A stretch of 64,000 bases of DNA from assembly GCA_016720545.1 (NCBI GenBank), contig JADKKK010000003.1, forward strand, positions 473,516 to 537,515, given 5' to 3'. This DNA is from Myxococcales bacterium (GTDB taxonomy: Bacteria > Myxococcota_A > Polyangia > Polyangiales > Polyangiaceae). The translations under genes were made by a program, and so were the position numbers. The notes below the pieces were generated by a model. The model made no database searches. It saw only the letters and a list, made by a program, of their open reading frames with translations, and was not told the DNA's origin. Below are positions 29,377-36,820 of this stretch, in pieces; the first letter of the stretch is position 1; the number at the start of each line of letters is the position of its first letter.

Positions 29377-30552
29377 TTATCGACGGGCTGCTACTAGAGC
29401 GAGCAGCTCGGCGTAGACGTCGAGGGTGGCGCGGGCGACGTGACTTTGGTCGAAGTCGGCGAGCGCTATCTCGCGACCGCGGGCGCCCAGCCGAAGCCGC
29501 AGCTCCTTGTCCACGATGACCCGCCGGAGCGCGGCGGTCAGCGCGCGCGCGTCGCGAGGCGGCACCAGCAGCGCGTTCTCGTCGTGGCGCGCCACCTCTC
29601 GGCAGCCCGGCACGTCGGTCGACACGATCGCGCGCCCCGACGCCGCCGCCTCGAGCAGCGCCTTCGGGAGCCCCTCTCCGTAGGAGGGCAGGCACGTCAC
29701 GTGCGATTCGCGATGCACGCGCTCCATGTCGTCGCGCCACCCGAGGGTCTCGACGAGACCCTCGCGCGCCCACGCGGCCACCTCGTCCGACGTGATGGAG
29801 GCAGGGTTGCCAGGGTCGGGCTCGCCGACCAGCCCGAAGCGCGCGGCCAGGCCTTCGGCGCGGAGCGCACGGGCGGCCTCGACGAACTCCCGAACCCCCT
29901 TGTCCCTCAAGAGGCGCGCGGGGAGCACGACGAAACAGGGCCCTTCCGGCTCCGGGGCGGGCGCGAAGCGGGCGGTGTCGACGCCGGCGCCGCGGATGAG
30001 CACGACGCGATCGCGGCGCATGACTCCCCACGCGATCCACTTCTCGAGGTCGTCGGGGTTCTGGAGGATGGTGCGCGTGTTTGGGGACGTAAGCAGCGCC
30101 TTGTACGCGGTCTCGACCATGACGCGGATGGCGCGCGACAGCGGGTCCTTGTTCAGGAAGACATAGCCCATGCCGGGCATGGCGTTGACGATCGCGGGCA
30201 CGCGGGCCGCCTTGGCGGCCACGGTGCCGTAGATCATCGGCTTGATCGCCACGTGGTGCACGACGTCGGGGCGCTCGCGCCGGTAGAGCTCGACGAGCCG
30301 GCGGGTGGTGTTGAGGTCGGAGAGGGGGTTTCGGCCCTGACGATCCATCACCACCGGCACGTGGCGGAGGCCGGCTGCCTCGATCTGGGTCGTGTACGGC
30401 CCCGTGGGCGTGACGACCGTCACGTCGTATCCGGCGGCCTGCGCTGCGAGGCCGAGCGAGAGCCGATGGCACAGGAAGTACCAGTCGGAGGCGACGAGGA
30501 AGAGAAGGCGCGGCCTCCGTCCGTCCCGGAGCGGCGCCGGCATGGCGCTCAC
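29377..30552 (-). CDS. GT4-family glycosyltransferase.
   Basis: Two-domain GT-B fold with the E-x7-E region (EGLPKALLEAAASGRAIV). Confidence 0.85.
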   Translation of the reverse strand: MSAMPAPLRDGRRPRLLFLVASDWYFLCHRLSLGLAAQAAGYDVTVVTPTGPYTTQIEAAGLRHVPVVMDRQGRNPLSDLNTTRRLVELYRRERPDVVHHVAIKPMIYGTVAAKAARVPAIVNAMPGMGYVFLNKDPLSRAIRVMVETAYKALLTSPNTRTILQNPDDLEKWIAWGVMRRDRVVLIRGAGVDTARFAPAPEPEGPCFVVLPARLLRDKGVREFVEAARALRAEGLAARFGLVGEPDPGNPASITSDEVAAWAREGLVETLGWRDDMERVHRESHVTCLPSYGEGLPKALLEAAASGRAIVSTDVPGCREVARHDENALLVPPRDARALTAALRRVIVDKELRLRLGARGREIALADFDQSHVARATLDVYAELLALVAARR

Positions 30553-30725
30553 GCAGGCCTCCGGCGGCGGCGCTCTGCGGGTGCGCGGGCCGACATGTCC
30601 GAGGCGTCGAGCTGCATGCCAGAGCGGATATCAGCGTGCTTACGCAAAAGAAATGTAAATCCGAGCGCTTTCGGGCACGGGTTTGAGGTGCCCTGCCGCG
30701 GGCAGCGGGTAGTGTCGGGCGAGCC

Positions 30726-31398
30726 GTGCCGCGCGCCCCGCGCCCCGCGCCCGCCCCCAACGAACGGGAGACCCTATGCCTTCGTCGTCGCCCGCGCCGC
30801 AGCATCTTCTCCGTCGACGTGGAGGACTGGTTCAACACGGTGCGGAACGAGCCCAAGCCCTCGGACTGGGACACGATCCCCTCGCACGTGGAGAAGAACC
30901 TGCGAAGGTTCCTCGACCTGTTCGACGAGACGGGCACGAAGACCACGTGCTTCTTCCTCGGCTACGTCGGCCGGCGCTTCCCCGACCTCGTGAAGGAGAC
31001 CGCGGCGCGGGGCCACGAGATCGCGTCGCACGGGTTCTTCCACAGCTGCATTTACGATCTCACCCGCGAGGCCTTCCGTAAGGACATCGCGGAGTCGAAG
31101 AAGGTCCTCGAGGACGCGGCGGGCAAGGCGGTCAAGGGCTACCGGGCGCCAGGCTTCTCCGTCGACCAGCGCTCGCCGTGGTTCTTCGAGGTGCGTCCTC
31201 GACGAGGAGCGACCGGTTGTATATTACATTCACCCGCGCGAGATCGATCCGCACCACCCGCGCTCGCCGATGAAGCCCCTCGCGAAGTTCAGCGCCTACG
31301 TGAACCTCGCGTCCACCGAGCCGAAGGTGCGACAGCTCTTGCGCGACTTTCCGTCGACGAGCTTCGAGGGCTATCTGCGCGACCACCCGGTGTCGTAG
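30726..31398 (+). pseudogene. Disrupted polysaccharide deacetylase (PEP-CTERM/XrtA-locus-type NodB family) with a +1 frameshift and an apparent ~80-aa internal deletion.
   Basis: The N-part in frame 1 has SVDVEDWF, GHEIASHGFFH and YRAPGF. The C-terminus (LDEERPVVYYIHPREIDPHHPRSPMKPLAKFSAYVNLA...DHPVS*) continues in another frame from about 31190 and stops at 31396-31398. The middle of the family is missing. Confidence 0.5.
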
Positions 31399-31460
31399 CT
31401 CGTAGCCCTCCACCCAAGGGCGCCGCGCCTCGCCCGACGCTCCGTCATTCGACAGGGGTG

Positions 31461-32045
31461 CTAGAACGCGAAGCCGAGGGTGGCGTCGAGGTGGAGGCCC
31501 GCCGTGTAGAAGCTCGGCGGCGCCGCGCTGCCCTCGAGCTTGGCGAAGTGGAGCTGCCCGCCGAGCCCGAGCGAGAGGTGGACGATGTTGCCGAGCAGCA
31601 GCGCATACCCGATCGACGCGCCGAGGGCGCCGGTCCCGCCGGACTTCTCCACGCCGTTCTGGGTTCCGTGCACCGACCCGCCCTGAATGAACGGCGAGAT
31701 CCAGAGGCCGCGCGGGGCCTCTTCCGTCGCGTAGAAGTAGGGGCGCGCGCGGATCATCCACCCGCGAATATCGCCGACCTTCTCGGTCACGGTCCACGGA
31801 TCGTAGAGCCCGCCCGAGACCGCGACGGCCACGTGAGGCGCCACTGTGCGTTGGAAGCCGAGACCGATGACGTGCAGGCCGAGGTCGGCGAACACGACGT
31901 TCTTCTTCGACGGGAGCGCGGGCTTGGCGTCCTCCGGCTCGTGCTCGGCTGCCTTCTTCTCCTCCTCGGCCGCGGCTGGGGCGGCGAGGCCCAAGAGGGG
32001 CAGGAGCACGGCGCCGAGGGCGAAGAGAGGAGCGCGCTTTCGCAT
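31461..32045 (-). CDS. Outer-membrane beta-barrel protein (OmpA/porin-like), 194 aa.
   Basis: Signal peptide MRKRAPLFALGAVLLPLLGLAAPAAA, alternating amphipathic strands, and a C-terminal aromatic (…TLGFAF). Confidence 0.65.
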   Translation of the reverse strand: MRKRAPLFALGAVLLPLLGLAAPAAAEEEKKAAEHEPEDAKPALPSKKNVVFADLGLHVIGLGFQRTVAPHVAVAVSGGLYDPWTVTEKVGDIRGWMIRARPYFYATEEAPRGLWISPFIQGGSVHGTQNGVEKSGGTGALGASIGYALLLGNIVHLSLGLGGQLHFAKLEGSAAPPSFYTAGLHLDATLGFAF

Positions 32046-32152
32046 TTCTCCGTCGTCGCACACTTGTTTCCGAAATACGTGCAATTTCGCCCTCGCGCGG
32101 CGGTTCGTGGCGCGGGGGCGCCGCGAGACCGGCGAGCGCGTATGCTCGCGGC

Positions 32153-33400
32153 GTGACCACCGAGATCGTGTACCTGACCGACGTCGAGGGGCGCTGGGAC
32201 AAGCTCGCGGACGCGCTGAGCGGTCACGTGGGGGTCAGCCTGCGCGGGGACCACATCGAGGTCGCCGAGGACGCGACCCTCGTCTTTGGGGGCGACGCGA
32301 CCGATCGCGGGAGCGCGGGGCGGCGCGTGATGCGGGCGCTGCTGGACGCCAAGATGCGTCACCCAAGCCGCGTGGCGCTCCTCGCGGGGAATCGCGATCT
32401 GAACAAGCTGCGCCTGCGAGTCGAGCTCTGCGGCAGGCCGCCCGAGCGCGCGCCTACGGAGGTGCGCCAGGGGCCGCGGGCCGAGCTCCTCCGGTGGCTC
32501 TTCACGAACACGATGGGCGCGCGCGAAGCGTTCGACAACCGGGCGATCGAGCTCGACGTCACCGGCGCCGGCGCCGACGACGCGGTCGTGGGCTCGTTCC
32601 TCGACGACGTGGGTCGCGACGGTCTGACGACCCGTTACCTCGCGCAATGCCAGCTCGGCGTTCGGTTCGACGAGACCCTGTTCGTGCACGGCGGCGTCAC
32701 CTCCGAGAGCCTGGGTCACGTCCCCGGTCTTCGTTCGAGCGCGAGCTCGCGCGCACGCGAGAGCGTCGACGAATGGCTCGAGGCCCTGAACCGCTGGTAC
32801 GCCGAGCAGCTCGACGCCTACGCGGGCGCGCGCGACCTCGAGAGCGGCGCCTACGAGCCTATCGTCGCGTACCAGGCGCCCGTTCCCGGCACGCGACGGC
32901 ACCAAGCGAGCGTCGTGTATGGCCGCCTCGCCGACGCGCACAACAACCCCGAGCTGCCGCCGGCGGACGTGCGCGCGGCGCTGCGGCGGAGCGGCGTCTC
33001 TCGGCTCGTGGTGGGGCACACGCCGACCGGCGACGTGCCCGTGGTGCTGCGCGCGGAGGCCGAGCGCTTCGAGCTCGTGTGCGCCGACAACTCGTACGGG
33101 CGCCTGGAGCGCGGGCCCCGCGTGGTGGTGCGCGGCGACGAGCTCACTATGGAGGGGAGCGCGCGGCTCGACGGCGGCGACGAGGCGCGCGCCCTGACGA
33201 GGCTCTCGCTCGCGGAGCGCAGTGGGCCGATCGGGCTACGCGATCGCAGCACGGGACACCTCGTGGGCGGGCGCCTCGCGGGCGACCAGGTGTACCTCTA
33301 CCGCTCGGCCGGGGGCTTCGTGGTCGAACAGCTCGCGCAGGCGACCTCGGAGGCGGCGGGGCGACCGCTGGCGGAGCCGGCCGAGCGCACGCCGGGCTAG
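32153..33400 (+). CDS. Calcineurin-like metallophosphoesterase.
   Basis: GDATDRG, GNRD, and VGHTP motifs. GTG start. Its TAG stop is embedded in the CTAG of the following repeat element. Confidence 0.75.
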   Translation: MTTEIVYLTDVEGRWDKLADALSGHVGVSLRGDHIEVAEDATLVFGGDATDRGSAGRRVMRALLDAKMRHPSRVALLAGNRDLNKLRLRVELCGRPPERAPTEVRQGPRAELLRWLFTNTMGAREAFDNRAIELDVTGAGADDAVVGSFLDDVGRDGLTTRYLAQCQLGVRFDETLFVHGGVTSESLGHVPGLRSSASSRARESVDEWLEALNRWYAEQLDAYAGARDLESGAYEPIVAYQAPVPGTRRHQASVVYGRLADAHNNPELPPADVRAALRRSGVSRLVVGHTPTGDVPVVLRAEAERFELVCADNSYGRLERGPRVVVRGDELTMEGSARLDGGDEARALTRLSLAERSGPIGLRDRSTGHLVGGRLAGDQVYLYRSAGGFVVEQLAQATSEAAGRPLAEPAERTPG

Positions 33401-33402
33401 CA

Positions 33403-33582
33403 GCCCGTTGATTGACTCCCGTCGGCCCGTCGCCGCCGCATCCCGACCGCGGTCGTTGCGATCCTGCGGTGCGTGCTCACCTAGAAACGCCCACCTGGAA
33501 CACGCTCCGCGCGCTCCTCGGATCGCGCCTTGGCGGGCCGGGCGCGGACGACGCCGGGCCTCGGTCCGTAAATCCACAGGCT
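33403..33582. mobile_element. MITE-like element (~180 bp) of the CTAG/…TTGAT family with imperfect terminal inverted repeats.
   Basis: Left end CTAGCAGCCCGTTGAT; right end ATCCACAGGCTGCTAG (13/16 match to the inverse of the left end). Related ends occur at 11164, 29345-29396 and 43178-43270. Confidence 0.45.
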
Positions 33583-33599
33583 GCTAGCTAGACCTCCCC

Positions 33600-34290
33600 G
33601 CGTGACGAGCGGCTAGTCCCCTGGAAGCGTGATCCCTTCCAGAAGTCGCGCGGCTCGGCCTTTCGCCACAAGGGAGCGAGGGGGTGTCCCGTTTTCGGCG
33701 GCGGTGGGAGGATACTCATGTTCGAGGGTCGGCGTTCTCGCGCGGTCACACCCGAAACCACTGTCCCCTGAGCGCAAAGCGCCGCCTCCACCGCGCGGAA
33801 CGACGTCCGAGTTGAGACGGCCCGCCGCCGCCGAAAACGGGCACCCCCTCGCTCCTCGGAATGACACCGAAGACCGGACTCTGATACGAACCACGACTCC
33901 AGGGACTAGTCTCCTGGAAGCGTGATCCCTTCCAGAAGTCGCGCGGCTCGGCCTTTCGCCACAAAGGGAGCGAGGGGTGTCCCGTTTCCGGCGGGGGGGG
34001 GGGGATGTTCGAGGGTCGGCGTTCGCGCGGTCACACCCGAAACCACTGTCCCCTGAGCGCAAGCGCCGCCTCCACCGCGCGGAACGACGTCCGAGTTGAG
34101 GACGGGCCCGCCGCCGCCGAAAACGGGGCACCCCCTCGCTCCTCGGAATGACACCGAAGACCCGACTTCTGATACGAACCACGACTCCAGGGGACTAGCT
34201 AGTCTCCTGGAAGCGTGATCCCTTCCAGAAGTCGCGCGGCTCGGCCTTTCGCCACAAGGGAGCGAGGGGGTGTCCCGTTTTCGGCGGCGT
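33600..34290. repeat. Tandem direct repeat, ~295-bp unit x 2.3 copies, each unit carrying a ~30-bp internal inverted repeat, a 7-bp hairpin and near-palindromic ends at ACTAGT.
   Basis: Units start at about 33606, 33905 and 34197, each beginning (c)tagtcYcctggaagcgtgatcccttccagaagtcgcgcggctcggcctttcgccaca…. Internally GGGAGCGAGGGGGTGTCCCGTTTTCGGCGGCGG pairs with CCGCCGCCGAAAACGGGCACCCCCTCGCTCC about 110 nt downstream. Copy 2 carries a G10 tract. Confidence 0.7.
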
Positions 34291-34470
34291 GAAAGCCCGG
34301 GGCAGGGAAAGCTCCGGGTGGCGTTGCGCGAAGCCCGCCGCAGCGGCGGGCTGTTTCGGCTCTCGTCGCGACCTTGACGGCGAGCCCGCCCCGCGGGCTT
34401 TGAGCGGGTTGATCCCCGGATTTCCCTGCGGGCTTTCAGCCCGGTGGCGGCTAACCGGGATGGGCCCCCC

Positions 34471-34683
34471 TCAGTTCGGCTGGCCCTCGGGGTCGTCCGC
34501 CGTTCGTCCGGTGGTGCACCGGGCCACGCACTGCTGCTGCTGCTCGCCGCAGTCGTTGTAGTTCGTGCCCGACGGCGCCTTCCGCACACAGTCGTTGTAC
34601 TGCTTGTCGCAGGCCGCGGTGCACACCGAGTTGCACCCGCCCGCGAGCGTGGGCCGCGAGCGCGAGCGCGAGCGCGAAGGCAA
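34471..34683 (-). pseudogene. Small Cys-rich peptide gene (mature part …CNSVCTAACDKQYNDCVRKAPSGTNYNDCGEQQQQCVARCTTG…) apparently separated by a frameshift from its signal peptide.
   Basis: The strongly GC3-biased Cys-rich frame has no ATG/GTG start. A good signal peptide (GTG-SPRRPRPRLPLAFALALALAAHA) lies just upstream in the -1 frame, and the junction falls in a (GCGCTC)3-4 repeat. Confidence 0.35.
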
Positions 34684-34754
34684 GAGGGAGGCGGGGGCGC
34701 GGACGCCTTGGGGACACGGGCACGGGATCGCTCACCCCCAAACCATGCGCTACG

Positions 34755-36776
34755 GTGGCGATCATGGCAACCTCGGCGCCGCGCGGCGCGCGCGACCCCG
34801 GACTCGGCGCAGTCGAGCACCACAAGACCCTCTGCAACCGCGACTGTCCCGACGTGTGCGGCATCGTCGCGACTGTGGAGGGCGGTCGCGTGACGCGCCT
34901 CCGGGGCGATCCCGAGCACCCCATCACGCGCGGCTTCTTGTGCCACCGCACGAGCCATTTCTTGGAGACGCAGTACGACCCCGCGCGGCTCACCACGCCG
35001 CTGTGGCGCGCGCGGCTCGACGACGAATTTCAGCCCATTTCGTGGGAAGAGGCGCTCACCCGCGCCGCCGAGTCGCTCCTTCGGATACGCGCCGAATCCG
35101 GCCCCGCGGCCATTTTTCATTACCGAAGCGGCGGCTCCCTGGGGCTCTTGAAGCACCTCTCGGACTACTTCTTCGAGCGCTTCGGCCCGGTGACGCAGAA
35201 GCGCGGCGACATCTGCTCGGGCGCGGGCGACGCGGCGCAGCTGCTCGATTTCGGCGAGGAGGACAGCCGCGATCTGTCCGAGCTGAAAGATGCAAAGCAC
35301 ATCCTTCTGTGGGGGAAGAACGTCTTCGTCTCGAGCCCACACCTCATCCCGCTCTTGAACGAGGCGCGGCGGCGCGGGACGACCCTCGCGCTCATCGACC
35401 CCGTCCACCACAAGACCGCGTCGATCTGCGACCTGGTCGCCCAGCCCCGCCCTGGCGGTGATTTCGCGCTCGCCATGGCGGTCGGGCGGCGGCTCTTCGA
35501 GCTCGGCCTCACCGACCCCGAGGCCGCCACCTACTGCGACCACCTGGCGGAGCTGCGCGCCCTCTGCTTCTCCCGGAGCCTGGAGGCCTGGCGGGAAGAG
35601 GCCGACGTGCCGCTCGAGGCCATCGACGCGCTCGCGCGGCGCCTCGGCGACGGCCCCACCACGGTGTTCATCGGCTGGGGCATGGGGCGGAGGCAAAACG
35701 GCGGGGCCATCGTGCGCGCGCTCGACGCGCTCGTGGCCATCACCGGGAACCTCGGCGTGCCCGGGGGCGGCGCGTCGTTCTACTTCAAGCGGCGCGGGGC
35801 GTTCGACCTGTCGTTCATCGGGCGGGCGGCGCCGCCGCGCACGGTCTGCGAGCCGCGCTTCGGCGCCGAGGTGCTGGGCATGAGCGACCCGCCCATTCGC
35901 GCGGTGTGGATCACCGCGGGCAACCCGGTGGCCATGCTCCCGGAGTCGCGCACGATCGAGCGGGCGCTCCGCACGCGCGAGCTCGTCGTGGTGGTCGACG
36001 CGTTCCTCACCGACACGGCCCGCTGCGCGCACCTCGTGCTGCCCACCACCACCCTGCTCGAGGCCGACGATCTCCTGGGCTCCTACGGGCACGCCTTCAT
36101 CGGCGCCGCCGTGCCGGTGGTGCCGCCCCCGGAGGGCGTGAAGAGCGATCTCGGGATCGTGCAGGCCCTCGCCGAGCGCGTGGGCCTCGCGAGCGATCTC
36201 GCCGGCGACGCGCGCGCGTGGAAGGAGCGCATGCTCGCGAAGGTCGCCCCCTACGGGGTCACGCCGGAGCGCCTCGCCCAGGGCGCGGTGCCGAACCCGC
36301 TCGCGCCGAAGGCTCTTTTCGAGGGGCGGGTGTTCCCGACGCCGAGCGGAAAGGTCAACCTTATTTACGAGATGCCGACGCGAGGCGCGCCCCGCGTGAC
36401 GGAAGAGCACCCGCTCTTGCTCACCGCGCTGTCCACCGAGCGCTCGCAGTCCTCGCAGTGGGCACGCGGACGCTCGACCCCGCGCGAGGGCGCGAGCGCA
36501 GAGGAGCGCCTCGCGGTCGCCACGGTGCACCCCGACGCCGCGGCGAAGGCCGGGCTGTGCGACGGCGAGGAGGCCGTGGTCGAGGGGGGCCTCGGCTCAC
36601 TCCGCGTGCACGTGCGCTGCGACGCGAGGCAGCGCCGCGACGTGCTGCTGCTTCCGAAGGGCGGCCACCTGAGGGACGGGCGCTGCGCGAACGCGCTCAT
36701 CCCCGCCCGGACGACCGATCTGGGCGAGGGCGGCGCGCTGCACGACGAGCCGGTGCGGCTCCGGCGGCCGTCGTGA
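34755..36776 (+). CDS. Molybdopterin-dependent oxidoreductase (bis-MGD MopB superfamily; BisC / assimilatory nitrate reductase-like catalytic subunit).
   Basis: N-terminal 4Fe-4S Cys cluster (CNRDCPDVCGI…C) and MopB-family regions throughout 673 aa. Confidence 0.85.
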   Translation: MAIMATSAPRGARDPGLGAVEHHKTLCNRDCPDVCGIVATVEGGRVTRLRGDPEHPITRGFLCHRTSHFLETQYDPARLTTPLWRARLDDEFQPISWEEALTRAAESLLRIRAESGPAAIFHYRSGGSLGLLKHLSDYFFERFGPVTQKRGDICSGAGDAAQLLDFGEEDSRDLSELKDAKHILLWGKNVFVSSPHLIPLLNEARRRGTTLALIDPVHHKTASICDLVAQPRPGGDFALAMAVGRRLFELGLTDPEAATYCDHLAELRALCFSRSLEAWREEADVPLEAIDALARRLGDGPTTVFIGWGMGRRQNGGAIVRALDALVAITGNLGVPGGGASFYFKRRGAFDLSFIGRAAPPRTVCEPRFGAEVLGMSDPPIRAVWITAGNPVAMLPESRTIERALRTRELVVVVDAFLTDTARCAHLVLPTTTLLEADDLLGSYGHAFIGAAVPVVPPPEGVKSDLGIVQALAERVGLASDLAGDARAWKERMLAKVAPYGVTPERLAQGAVPNPLAPKALFEGRVFPTPSGKVNLIYEMPTRGAPRVTEEHPLLLTALSTERSQSSQWARGRSTPREGASAEERLAVATVHPDAAAKAGLCDGEEAVVEGGLGSLRVHVRCDARQRRDVLLLPKGGHLRDGRCANALIPARTTDLGEGGALHDEPVRLRRPS

Positions 36777-36820
36777 GCTGCACCTGATCGGCAGTCGTCG
36801 CGGCGGTCAGACCGCGGCGC

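Noticed and set aside
33600-34290. Possible CRISPR array
   Set aside because: The repeat unit is ~295 bp with no unique spacers, and there are no cas genes nearby. It is a tandem long repeat, not CRISPR.
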